Shown: positions 1-9,179 of the stretch, piece by piece
Layout of the letters: every line of letters starts with the position of its first letter
Position numbering within the stretch: position 1 is the first letter of the stretch
Source: Candidatus Thorarchaeota archaeon
Lineage (GTDB): Archaea; Asgardarchaeota; Thorarchaeia; Thorarchaeales; Thorarchaeaceae
Assembly: GCA_019057475.1 (NCBI GenBank)
Contig: DXJO01000006.1
Location: 96,001 to 160,000 of the forward strand
Direction of reading: 5' to 3'
DNA: 64,000 bases
Notes under the pieces: model-generated
Database searches by the model: none
What the model saw: only the letters and a program-made list of their open reading frames with translations
What the model was told of the DNA's origin: nothing
Program-made: the position numbers and the translations under genes

Positions 1-886
1 ATGCGCAGGGGCATGATATGACCAAGAGGGTCAATCCTCTGTATATGGAATCCTGTGCACTAAGGCCAAAGAGTAAAGAACCTATGACAAGGGCGAAAGA
101 GAGAATCACAACTGCTGGTGTGTATATGTGCGAGAACCTTGACACGAAGGCTTCCGTAGGAGATCGCTTTCCGCGGGCTTCTTCAACCAATTTCACAATC
201 TGAGATAGCATAGAATTTTCAGAGGACTTAGTGACTCGGATTTCAAGGAACCCTTCCTGATTTATTGTTCCTGCATAGACATCATCGGTGATTGACTTAG
301 TAACTGGAAGCGACTCGCCTGTAATGGTAGCTTGATTGACTGTGGAGTTTCCTTTCACAACTTCCCCATCGAGACCTATTCTTTCTCCCGGCTTGACACA
401 GATTATGTCGCCTACTTTGACATCTTCTACGTGAATGCAGGCTTCTGCCCCATTGACTCTGATTGTAACAGTCTGTGGGGACAGCTCTAGTAGTGATTGA
501 ATATTCCTTCGAACGCTGGTTCCAGCTTTCTCTTCAAGCAGCTCAGCGACGTAGAAGAGCAGCATTACGGCCGCACCCTCTTCCGGTGCACCTATGAGTA
601 ATGCGCCGAAAGCTGCAACAGTCATGAGGAAGTTTATATCAAGATGAATTTTCGCAGCTCCTCTCAGTCCCCTAGGAATGACCCATCTTCCTGCAGAGAC
701 TATTGACACAACGAACGCGGCATAGACCCAGATTGCATCGAAGTTCAACCATTGAAGAGTAAATCCAGCGGCAAAGGCTGCGGCTGACGAAATTACAAGG
801 ATGTACTTCACGCGAAAATCGGTGTCATCTGCTCTTGCCTCCTCTGCGGCGCAATGGGAGCAGTAATGTTCAGTTTCCTGAGACAT
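1..886 (-). CDS. Heavy-metal-translocating P1B-type ATPase (Zn/Cd-like); 3' part runs off the window
   Basis: Not in the ORF track. Manual translation from ATG 886: MSQETEHYCSHC..., LDINFLMTVAA, EEGAAVMLLF, TGES actuator motif, and VISCPCA (transmembrane CPC) at the window edge. Confidence 0.92.
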   Translation of the reverse strand, partial: MSQETEHYCSHCAAEEARADDTDFRVKYILVISSAAAFAAGFTLQWLNFDAIWVYAAFVVSIVSAGRWVIPRGLRGAAKIHLDINFLMTVAAFGALLIGAPEEGAAVMLLFYVAELLEEKAGTSVRRNIQSLLELSPQTVTIRVNGAEACIHVEDVKVGDIICVKPGERIGLDGEVVKGNSTVNQATITGESLPVTKSITDDVYAGTINQEGFLEIRVTKSSENSMLSQIVKLVEEARGKRSPTEAFVSRFSHIYTPAVVILSFALVIGSLLFGLSAQDSIYRGLTLLVISCPCA

Positions 887-1184
887 GTTCAATCGCCCGT
901 TTCAGAATGTCTTTCACACACTGGTCATCGAGGGAGTGATAGATTTGTTTGCCATTGCGTTTCTTTCCTACGAATCCAAGATTTCCTAGGATGCTAAGGT
1001 GATGGCTAACGCTGCTTATCGACATGTTCAACTCGTTGGCAATCTCAGATACGTTTCGCCTTCTATCCTCCGCAAGGATCGCTATTATGCGGAGTCGGGA
1101 TTGGTCGGACAACGCCTTGAAGATTCTGACAAGCGCTTCCAAATTATCACCGTCTTCACTCAGTTGGGAATTAAGAGTCGACAT
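870..1184 (-). CDS. ArsR/SmtB family metal-responsive repressor
   Basis: FKALSDQSRLRII, VSEIA...SSVSHHL, alpha5-like D-x-C...E-H site; overlaps the start of the ATPase gene. Confidence 0.92.
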   Translation of the reverse strand: MSTLNSQLSEDGDNLEALVRIFKALSDQSRLRIIAILAEDRRRNVSEIANELNMSISSVSHHLSILGNLGFVGKKRNGKQIYHSLDDQCVKDILKRAIEHVSGN

Positions 1185-1202
1185 AATCTAACCCACATTA
1201 TC

Positions 1203-1226
1203 ACATTTGAACAAGTATTGGAATGT
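1203..1226. promoter_or_regulatory. Putative SmtB/CzrA-type operator
   Basis: Imperfect inverted repeat ACATTTGAACA-AG-TATTGGAATGT just upstream of arsR; core resembles TGAACA-nn-TATTCA. Confidence 0.55.
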
Positions 1227-1466
1227 TTTGTGGTAAATAAGGATTGCTTTAGGGCAGTGATTGATGATTTCCCTTCAGTAACACTACTCATATCGACAAG
1301 GAACAATTATGTAGACTCCAGAGGGAGTTTCAATAGATGGGACTACTTCGCGACTGTGACCCTACTCAATCGCGAGTCAGTGTGCTGTGTTAAGGATACT
1401 ACATGGTCCAAGCCACACACTTTGCAATAATCTTTGAAATCCACGAAATGTTGGAGCGGCTTCGAC

Positions 1467-3230
1467 ATGAATGGCGACCGAAAACAGCTACTGGATGACC
1501 TCCACAGGAAGGTGATTGAGAAAGCTAACGACGGAATTGTCGTTCTCAAGAACGAGATGATTGTTCTCTCAAACCATGCATTCGTTGCTATGCTAGACTA
1601 TGAAGGTCCTGAGCTGGAGGGTACCCGATTTGAAGACCTTGTAGAACCATCTAGCATTCACGAGTATCGGGATCGCTGGGAATCAATTGTGCACCAAGAA
1701 GACTCCACTGGAACGATTCGTGCTCGACTTCTGACAAAAAGAAAGCGGATACTGAACGTTGAGATGAGCACTGCAGAGCTTGATTTCGAGGGAGCACCTG
1801 CATTGGTAACAGTTGTTAGAGATGTTTCTGAACGAATGACGTTGGAGGCGGCTGTAGAGGAATCCGAGGCTCGCTACCGAACCTTGTACGAATCCTCGCC
1901 CATCGCTTACTTCACCTTGAGCCCGCGAGGGACAGTGCAGCAAGTAAACAATGCTGCTGAAAAACTCCTAGGCTACTCCAAAGAGGATATGATAAGAAGA
2001 AACATCTCAGCGTTTCTCCCTAAAGATGAAAGAGCTAGCGAGATGGGAAATCAAGTTATCGCTGAAATCCTTCAAGGAAAGAATCTCGAAGATATTGAGA
2101 TGCAACTCCAGCACGCAGAAGGGAAGAAAGTATGGGTCAGTGTTACTTCGAGCGTGTTAAGCGATTCAGTTCAATCATCTAATATCGGGCTTATGGCATT
2201 GGAGATAGATCGGAGAAAAGTAGCTGAGAGCAGAGAAACAGAGGAGCGCGAAAGAGCAAATCTCTATCTTGAAATAATGACACATGATCTCAACAATATC
2301 AATCAGAGCGCGCTATTTACAATGGAGCTCCTCACAACTACGGCGGATTTGCCGGAAAATCTTGAATTAGTCTTAACGGAGACCTCCTGGAACGTGCGAC
2401 GCGCTGCCAGGATGATTGCGAATATGAGAGCGATTATCACCCTCAAACAGTCCCCTCCAACAAAGAGCAAAACGGACCTCTATCCCCATATCGAACGAGC
2501 AGCGACTGAAACTGATAGAGACTTCCCTTGGAAGTCCCTTAACATCAACTCTAACATTGAGGATGATGAGTTTGAGATTGCAGGTCACATGTACCTCTGG
2601 AGCGTGTTCTTTAACATCATCCACAATTCCATGATGTTCTCTAGGGATAATGAAATCACCGTCAACGTAAGCGCAAGGAAGGTAGACTCTGGCAGGATGG
2701 TCCGAATTGAATTCGAGGATTTTGGTCCGGGAATACCAGACAACATGAAGCAGTACATCTTCAAACGTACTGGCAGTCCCGAATTGCAGCTTGTTGGCAG
2801 AGGTCTGGGACTTACGGTGGTTGACCACTATGTCACGGACCTAGGAGGAACGGTGTGGGTCGAAAACCGAGTTGAGGATGATCATTCCCAGGGAACAAGA
2901 ATAGTCATGCTTCTTCCATCGTGGGTAGAGAAGAAGGATCTCCCCTGTGGAAGGATTACCTGCATCACATTCTACAAATCAGACCATTGCCTGTTCTGCG
3001 AACCAACCTACGACATTCTTATGATGGTTCTCAATGAAATGAACGTACCAAACCATCATGTTGAGGTGATTAACGTCGACGACCCCTCTGCAGGCATTTC
3101 TGAGGGCGAATTGCCCATGCTTCCCTTCATCAAGATTTGTGATGTCGAGCTAACTGGTCTTGTTTCAGATGATCAAGTCCGGTCCGCTGTATTGACACTT
3201 CTTATGAAGGACTGCTATCCTGAGCTTTAG
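1467..3230 (+). CDS. Double-PAS sensor histidine kinase with C-terminal thioredoxin-like CxxC domain
   Basis: Two PAS domains, H-box HDLNNINQ, N-box NIIHNS, G1 EDFGPGIP, G2 GRGLGL, then FYKSDHCLFC...LPMLP. Confidence 0.88.
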   Translation: MNGDRKQLLDDLHRKVIEKANDGIVVLKNEMIVLSNHAFVAMLDYEGPELEGTRFEDLVEPSSIHEYRDRWESIVHQEDSTGTIRARLLTKRKRILNVEMSTAELDFEGAPALVTVVRDVSERMTLEAAVEESEARYRTLYESSPIAYFTLSPRGTVQQVNNAAEKLLGYSKEDMIRRNISAFLPKDERASEMGNQVIAEILQGKNLEDIEMQLQHAEGKKVWVSVTSSVLSDSVQSSNIGLMALEIDRRKVAESRETEERERANLYLEIMTHDLNNINQSALFTMELLTTTADLPENLELVLTETSWNVRRAARMIANMRAIITLKQSPPTKSKTDLYPHIERAATETDRDFPWKSLNINSNIEDDEFEIAGHMYLWSVFFNIIHNSMMFSRDNEITVNVSARKVDSGRMVRIEFEDFGPGIPDNMKQYIFKRTGSPELQLVGRGLGLTVVDHYVTDLGGTVWVENRVEDDHSQGTRIVMLLPSWVEKKDLPCGRITCITFYKSDHCLFCEPTYDILMMVLNEMNVPNHHVEVINVDDPSAGISEGELPMLPFIKICDVELTGLVSDDQVRSAVLTLLMKDCYPEL

Positions 3231-3298
3231 TCATAATCCAGTTCCGATTTCGGAACTATTATCCAAGAGTGTACAGCATGCAAATGCTGTTGATACTA

Positions 3299-4246
3299 AT
3301 GACGGAGTTCGGGATACAAGTTGAGCCTCAGTTTGGGTTTACTCTAGATGAGGTGGAGCAAATTGCAGAAGTTGGTCTTGCTAATGGCTTCTCAACTCTT
3401 TGGTTTTCAGATCATTTCATGCTTGATGCGGATGCTGTGGATAAGGTGCTTCTGGATCCATGGTTACTGATGACGGCTCTTGTGACAGCGAATAAAGAAA
3501 TACGAGTTGGGAGTCTCGTCTTCTGTAATAGCTACAGGTCACCTCCACTCCACGCCAAGATGGTAGCAACGCTTGACAATCTATCAAACGGAAGATTGGA
3601 GTTCGGCATTGGCGCAGGATGGAAAAAAATGGAGTACGAAGCATATGGATATCCATTCCCCGATGACTTGACGCGAATCGCTCAACTTGGCGAAGCAATC
3701 CAGATCATAAAGGGGGTCTTAACGCATGACAAATTCACATTCGAGGGAGAACACTATCATGTGAAGGATATCGTCTCATTCCCTAAGCCAGTTCAGAAAC
3801 CACATCCCAAAGTGTGGGTAGGGACGATGCGAGGAAAGGAAAAGATGCTGGAGCTCATAGCTAAGTACGGCGATGGAATCAACGTCGCTTGGACATTCTC
3901 TCCAAGCCAATGTGAAGAAATCTTCAGTAAGCTTGACAAGCTATGCAAGGTGAATGGGCGCGATTCTACTGAAATGGGCAAGTCAGTGGGTCTATGGACA
4001 AGGTGTTTCGTTTCGGATGAGGAGATGAATCACACAATTACAGAGAACGCCGCTAAGAGGGGGGTTTCTGAAAAGAAGTACAGAGAGAGAATCTCCAGTG
4101 CTCTTTGGGGCACACCCAAGATGATGGTCGAGCGATTAAGGCAACACCTTGATCTCGGGGTTTCTCATATCATTCTGATGCTGCCCCATGGTGAAGAATT
4201 GGATCAAATCAAGCTGATAGGCCAGAATGTCCTTTCCAAGCTGTAA
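3299..4246 (+). CDS. LLM class (luciferase-like), probably F420-dependent oxidoreductase
   Basis: WFSDHF, YRSPPLHAKMVATLDNLSNGRLEFGIGAGW, PKPVQKPHP. Confidence 0.88.
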   Translation: MTEFGIQVEPQFGFTLDEVEQIAEVGLANGFSTLWFSDHFMLDADAVDKVLLDPWLLMTALVTANKEIRVGSLVFCNSYRSPPLHAKMVATLDNLSNGRLEFGIGAGWKKMEYEAYGYPFPDDLTRIAQLGEAIQIIKGVLTHDKFTFEGEHYHVKDIVSFPKPVQKPHPKVWVGTMRGKEKMLELIAKYGDGINVAWTFSPSQCEEIFSKLDKLCKVNGRDSTEMGKSVGLWTRCFVSDEEMNHTITENAAKRGVSEKKYRERISSALWGTPKMMVERLRQHLDLGVSHIILMLPHGEELDQIKLIGQNVLSKL

Positions 4247-4329
4247 TCTAATTAGATAGCGAAAAGGACAGAATTAGCCCTTGGAGCCCTCTATTGATTA
4301 GAGGACTCAAGAGCTATCGATTGATACTA

Positions 4330-5637
4330 TCAGGCTTCGATAGCCAAATCTGCAAGGGATTCCTTCATGAGCCCTTTGAAGTCAAAGCCCATCATTCGAG
4401 CCATCAACATCATCGGTAGCAGAACGTTTCCGAAGACTTGGAACGCACCTGCGCCTCCGCCCTCCTCACCTGCTTCGCCATTCATTCCTCCTCCAAAGAG
4501 AGTCACATCGCCTATGTCAATATTCTCATAGAGCTGAGGCAATACGGCAAGAAAATCTCTTGCAAAGGCCTGTGGCGTGTAATCCTTGGCGGCATCCAGT
4601 GTCTGGCGAATACCCTCGGCTTGCGCGCTTGTGACCTTCAATATCTTCTCGGCGTCAGCCACCGCGACGATACTTATGCGTTCAGCATCGGCTCTCGCCT
4701 GCTGAAGTATTCGCTGCGCTTCAACCTCTACTTCCTGCTTGATTTTTCGCTGCTTCTCAGCTTCAGCCTTGAGCTTGGCGACTTCAAGATCCTTCGACGC
4801 ATCGACCTCGGCCTGCTGCTTTTCATAACGTTTCTGCATCAGGTCCTTCTGAAGCTCGATTTCTAGAACGCTTTGCTGTCGTTGCTGCTCCGCTTCCTGA
4901 ATGGCACGTAGTTGATCTTGTTCTTGAATGCCAATGTACTTGTCCTTCTCGATCTCTTTATCTCGCAGTATACGAATCTTTGCGATATCGCTTGTACCAG
5001 TTGCTTGATCCGCCTCAATCGTAGCTATCTGGGCAAGACGACGCATCTCAGCCTCACGAGGCTTCGACATATTCTGCAAAAAAGATTCATTGACAACTGC
5101 AACGTCTACTAACTCAACAGTGACCACCTTGAGACCCCATTCGGAAATGACATCCACGAGTTCCTTCTTGATTGCTTCAATGATTAGCTGGCGCTCTTCA
5201 AGAATCTCCTCGACTGACAACTGCGCACAAGCCGTTCTGATGACTGACTCTATGATTGCCGTTAGGCGCGCTGGAATTTCTTCCCAATGTGTATTATTGA
5301 TCGTCGCGATGGCGTTGTCAGCCTGCCATTGAAGGACAGTACTGAGCCTTATCTTCTGCTTCTCTTTGGATAGTACTGACTCTGCATGGATGTTCAGCTG
5401 TTGGACCGTTCTATCAATCGCAAGAATGCGGTCAAGAAAAGGAATGCGTACAACCATTCCCCCTTCGCCCTGCTTGATGGGCTTGCCTTTACGCAGGTGC
5501 ACGTAGAATACATTCGGGTCAAAAATGCGAATGTACTTCTTGATGTAGAAGGTGATCAACAGTACTACCAATATACCGAGAAATGCAATGGATAGTCCAA
5601 AGTTCTGAGCAAATATGTCCATTATTCCCGCTTGCAT
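4330..5637 (-). CDS. SPFH/band 7 flotillin-like protein
   Basis: N-terminal TM helix, SPFH domain (IRTACAQLSVEEILEER...WGLKV), long A/E-rich coiled coil with AEA-type repeats. Confidence 0.88.
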   Translation of the reverse strand: MQAGIMDIFAQNFGLSIAFLGILVVLLITFYIKKYIRIFDPNVFYVHLRKGKPIKQGEGGMVVRIPFLDRILAIDRTVQQLNIHAESVLSKEKQKIRLSTVLQWQADNAIATINNTHWEEIPARLTAIIESVIRTACAQLSVEEILEERQLIIEAIKKELVDVISEWGLKVVTVELVDVAVVNESFLQNMSKPREAEMRRLAQIATIEADQATGTSDIAKIRILRDKEIEKDKYIGIQEQDQLRAIQEAEQQRQQSVLEIELQKDLMQKRYEKQQAEVDASKDLEVAKLKAEAEKQRKIKQEVEVEAQRILQQARADAERISIVAVADAEKILKVTSAQAEGIRQTLDAAKDYTPQAFARDFLAVLPQLYENIDIGDVTLFGGGMNGEAGEEGGGAGAFQVFGNVLLPMMLMARMMGFDFKGLMKESLADLAIEA

Positions 5638-5667
5638 TTGTTTTTCTACTCACATCTCTTTTTTAGA

Positions 5668-5832
5668 GAGTGCACCTAAAACCCACAGCCCTCTTCCTTC
5701 CACTGAGAACGCGGTACTGTGTGGTTTGACCTATGTACCTCTATCTTAGGGCATTGGATAGGTCGCTTCATCCCTCGGAGTTCAGATCCCCCAACGAGAC
5801 ATCAGAATCCTGCTTCGGGTTCTGGTGCACTC
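5668..5832 (-). ncRNA. Candidate structured leader RNA or sRNA upstream of the flotillin gene
   Basis: Terminal stem GAGTGCACC/GGTGCACTC extends with G-U pairs on the minus strand; internal GACCTAT/ATAGGTC helix; TATA-like TTTATAA about 25 nt upstream. Confidence 0.5.
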
Positions 5833-5921
5833 ATGTTCATATTGTATTCTAACGTTATAAATTCGCGCCGAGATTTGTGTCTTATCGACAATCGAATGAA
5901 GCATTTCGATTATGACTTCTT

Positions 5922-6851
5922 TTACCGTTGGAGTTTCTGACTTTGCTTATGTTGACCCTTGACCACTTCGATTCTTGGATCAACAAATACGAACTTATCA
6001 TTTGCAGAAACTACATAGAGCGTCATCCCTTTCCTGAATACAAGTCCCTGCTGTAATGGTCGTGCATGGAATCTTCTGAGACCCATCTCGGTTTCATACC
6101 TTACCTCACCAAAGTCATCGCTTATGGTGGAGACTGCTTCAACTTCTTGTCCTACAATGTGTTTTGGCTCGATGCTAAAGCCTGACTCCACAAACACCTT
6201 CCCAAGTACAGTTCGTACCAAAAATACAAGCAGAGCCGCTCCGATGAACTGGAAGCAAATTTTCGCAGCAAGAGGTGCTAGCAGTCCATCATAGTACACT
6301 ATAGACCCCAGAAACCCGACACTGACAAGAGATGTTCCGATAGTGACGCCCAGTGGAGCGCCCCTTGCGGCTTCGAAGAAACCTGAGTGATCACCTGCTT
6401 CAACATCATAGTCCAGTTCATGTTCGTGGTCAGTATCATGCTCTGTGTCGTGATCAGCTTCATGGTCTGCATCGAGGTGATGCTCCATGTCATGTTCTAC
6501 ATCGTGCTCGACTTCGTGTTCAACATCTGTCTCCAACTGATGCTCTATGTCATGTTCAACATCGTGATCGTAATCATGATCGACGTCATGATCAATCTCA
6601 ACGTGTGTATCGTAGTCATGTTCAATGTCGTGTTCCATATCATGGTCATAATCGTGTTCAACATCATGCTCAATGTGATGATCCAAGTCATGTTCTGCTT
6701 CGTGGAAAACATCATGCTCATGCCCGTGTTCAGAAATTGCAGCAAAGAGTCGTCCCATCAGAAACATGCCGAAGGTGTAGAAAAGCCCCACAAGAAGTAT
6801 CCCAAATGAAATCTCACGTAGTATGATTGCTAACGGCATGAATTCTTGCAT
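5922..6851 (-). CDS. NfeD/YqiJ-like membrane protein with a long His/Asp/Glu-rich insertion
   Basis: TM helix, acidic/His loop, two TM helices, C-terminal OB-fold (IVGQEVEAVSTI..FGEV..FHARP..KGMTLYVV); directly upstream of flotillin. Confidence 0.8.
   Translation of the reverse strand: MQEFMPLAIILREISFGILLVGLFYTFGMFLMGRLFAAISEHGHEHDVFHEAEHDLDHHIEHDVEHDYDHDMEHDIEHDYDTHVEIDHDVDHDYDHDVEHDIEHQLETDVEHEVEHDVEHDMEHHLDADHEADHDTEHDTDHEHELDYDVEAGDHSGFFEAARGAPLGVTIGTSLVSVGFLGSIVYYDGLLAPLAAKICFQFIGAALLVFLVRTVLGKVFVESGFSIEPKHIVGQEVEAVSTISDDFGEVRYETEMGLRRFHARPLQQGLVFRKGMTLYVVSANDKFVFVDPRIEVVKGQHKQSQKLQR
6387..6728 (-). repeat. Coding 12-nt-period repeat encoding H-D/E-x-D/E units
   Basis: EHDVEHDYDHDMEHDIEH...; 29 His in about 114 aa. 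Confidence 0.85.
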
Positions 6852-7013
6852 GTCCTTTACCCCCCGTATTCATTATGTAACAAAGCGATATAAAGTTGAG
6901 CAAGCGTTTACCTGGGTCAATGCAGATTGTGTCTTCTTCTTGCTCGAGTTCGCGCGGACCCAACATATCACATAAGAGGCGCGAATACAACCGCGGAACC
7001 GGTGGAATACGTA

Positions 7014-8036
7014 ATGCCTACGTCCATTGAACTTGTCGAACAGGCAATGCAGAATGAGGAACCGCCACGCACTCCAGTTATTCCATTAGTCGGGCTGTAT
7101 TCGAGTGTATGCTCGGGATATCCTGTCAACGACCTTCTGAGGGACGGAAACCTACAGGCGAAGTCGCAGCTAGCTGCTCTTCAATGCTTCAAGTATGATG
7201 GTGTTTTCACTTGTATGGACCTTACTGTGGAAGCTGAGGCGCTGGGTGCATCTATCGCGTTTCCGCAAGGAGATTTTCCGTATGTTAGTGATCACCCAGC
7301 AGAATCGCCTTGTGCGGTTCTTGATTTAGAGATGGCATCAATAAAAGGTGCCCGCCTGTTGACATTTGTAAATGCGACAAAACAGCTTGTGAACTGTGTG
7401 GGGCGATCGCACTTGGTTAGCACTTACATAATTGGACCATTCACACTTGCAGGACACCTCATCGGTGTTGAAAGTCTACTCGAATACGCTATCGAGGACC
7501 CAGAGTTGACCAAGAAAGTAGTCAACTACTGTCAGGAGGTGCTTGAGCCTTTGGTAGAAGCGTATATCTCCGCAGGGGCACACAATGCTGTGATTTTGGA
7601 GCCAACAGCTAGTTCGAGCATAATCTCTCCGAAGTTCTTTGAGAAATACTCCGCGCCCGACCTCTCCAGAATGGTGTCGCGCATTCATAAAGGAGGAATA
7701 AAGGCAACCATCCACATATGCGGCAATACACATCCGATATTGCACGCAATGTGCGATACGAAAGCTGATGCTCTGAGCATTGACTCTGCTGTTGATCTGA
7801 AAGAGGCAAAAGAAATAGTCAAGGGGCGTGCGACTCTCATAGGCAATGTCGATACCACTCTCATTCTGACTGCATCCAAAGAAAATGTGCAAAAAGCGGC
7901 GGAAGATTGCCTTAAGAAGGCCGCCAAAGGAGGAAGTTTCTTTCTCTCAACCGGTTGCGACATACCCCTTGAAACTCCAAATCATAATGTACACGCGCTC
8001 GTTAATGCGGCTACCGGCAACTTGACTCAGCATTAG
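7014..8036 (+). CDS. URO-D superfamily MtaA/CmuA-like corrinoid methyltransferase
   Basis: DLTVEAEALG, GPFTLA, HICG zinc motif, GNVD, STGCDIP. Confidence 0.85.
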   Translation: MPTSIELVEQAMQNEEPPRTPVIPLVGLYSSVCSGYPVNDLLRDGNLQAKSQLAALQCFKYDGVFTCMDLTVEAEALGASIAFPQGDFPYVSDHPAESPCAVLDLEMASIKGARLLTFVNATKQLVNCVGRSHLVSTYIIGPFTLAGHLIGVESLLEYAIEDPELTKKVVNYCQEVLEPLVEAYISAGAHNAVILEPTASSSIISPKFFEKYSAPDLSRMVSRIHKGGIKATIHICGNTHPILHAMCDTKADALSIDSAVDLKEAKEIVKGRATLIGNVDTTLILTASKENVQKAAEDCLKKAAKGGSFFLSTGCDIPLETPNHNVHALVNAATGNLTQH

Positions 8037-8158
8037 GTGCTCCAATCAGAAGGTGTGAGCGTACAGAATGTGTCAGCAGCAGGAAAAAGCACCCGAAGAG
8101 TTAAGGCAAGCGGTTGTCCATTGCTAGAAGCCATTGTATTGTTTCTAAGCTAGCCTGA

Positions 8159-9163
8159 ATGCTGAAGATTATGCGCAAGGTAATAGGTGTGAAGAAGGAA
8201 ATGAACAACAAGAACAAGTGGAATGAGATATACGCTGTGGAACATCCACCTCTAGTCAGCTTTGGGGAGGGCGAACTGCTAACGATTTATGATAGTTCAA
8301 GCTTTGGAGTAGCGTCCAACCACACAACCTTGAAACGGGTCTTACTCCACCGACCTTGTGAAGATCTGGAAGCCGTCAAGAAGAATCCAGTATGGTGGCT
8401 TTGGGATGGCGTGCCGGACTTAAAGAAGTCTCGCAGTGAGTGGGACTCTTTTGCGGCTATTCTAGCGAAGAACGGGGTTGAGGTGGAATTACTTGAGAAG
8501 GGGTATCAAGGGTGTGCCAAGAGCTATTTCATGCGAGACCCCGCTACAATGACCCCATGGGGCGCCATCATAAGTCGAATGGCCCTCACCCAGCGATGGG
8601 GTGAGGAGCAGCACATCGCGAAGAAACTCTGGGAAATGCATATCCCCGTCCTAATGATGGTCACAGGCCATGGCATCTTCGAAGGAGGCAACTACATCCC
8701 ACTGGATGAGCACACAGTTATCCTCGGGCGTGGTATCAGGTCCAATGACATCGGAATTCGTCAAGTCCAGAATCTGCTTGAACTCATGGATCTAGAATCG
8801 ATTATCGTTGACATCCCTGCCTATCTGGAGCACTACGGTGGCTATGTTCACGTAGATGTATGCCTGAACCCGATTGACAAGGACTTGGCGCTGGTCTATC
8901 CCCCAGGTCTTCCGTATTGGTTTCTTGAAGATCTCAGAAACCGAGGGTTTGATATGATTGAGGTCGAGAGAGAGGAGGTCTTGCGCATGGGTACAAATGT
9001 ATTGCCTCTTGGAAAAAAGAAAGTCATCCTCCCTGCGGGGAATCCGACTGTCAAGAAGCGTCTTGAGGAAGTTGGAATGAAAATCATTGAAATTAGCATG
9101 AATGAGCTGATGAAGGGCGGCGGCGGACCCCGATGCATTACTATGGAGCTTCTACGAGCTTAG
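8159..9163 (+). CDS. Amidinotransferase/arginine deiminase-fold (pentein) guanidino hydrolase
   Basis: LKRVLLHRP, YFMRDP, FEGGN, HVD, GGGPRC with catalytic Cys; start may be 8201. Confidence 0.82.
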   Translation: MLKIMRKVIGVKKEMNNKNKWNEIYAVEHPPLVSFGEGELLTIYDSSSFGVASNHTTLKRVLLHRPCEDLEAVKKNPVWWLWDGVPDLKKSRSEWDSFAAILAKNGVEVELLEKGYQGCAKSYFMRDPATMTPWGAIISRMALTQRWGEEQHIAKKLWEMHIPVLMMVTGHGIFEGGNYIPLDEHTVILGRGIRSNDIGIRQVQNLLELMDLESIIVDIPAYLEHYGGYVHVDVCLNPIDKDLALVYPPGLPYWFLEDLRNRGFDMIEVEREEVLRMGTNVLPLGKKKVILPAGNPTVKKRLEEVGMKIIEISMNELMKGGGGPRCITMELLRA

Positions 9164-9179
9164 GGGGCGAACATGAGAT

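Noticed and set aside
5668-5832. SRP RNA, TPP riboswitch or hammerhead as the identity of this element
   Set aside because: Only fragments match (GGAAGGAAG, CTGAGA, CTGATG); the required partner motifs are absent
6299-6826. Several overlapping ORFs with M/I/V- or H/R-rich translations
   Set aside because: Alternative-frame and antisense shadows of the 12-nt His/acidic repeat; coding sequence with no spacers, so not a CRISPR array
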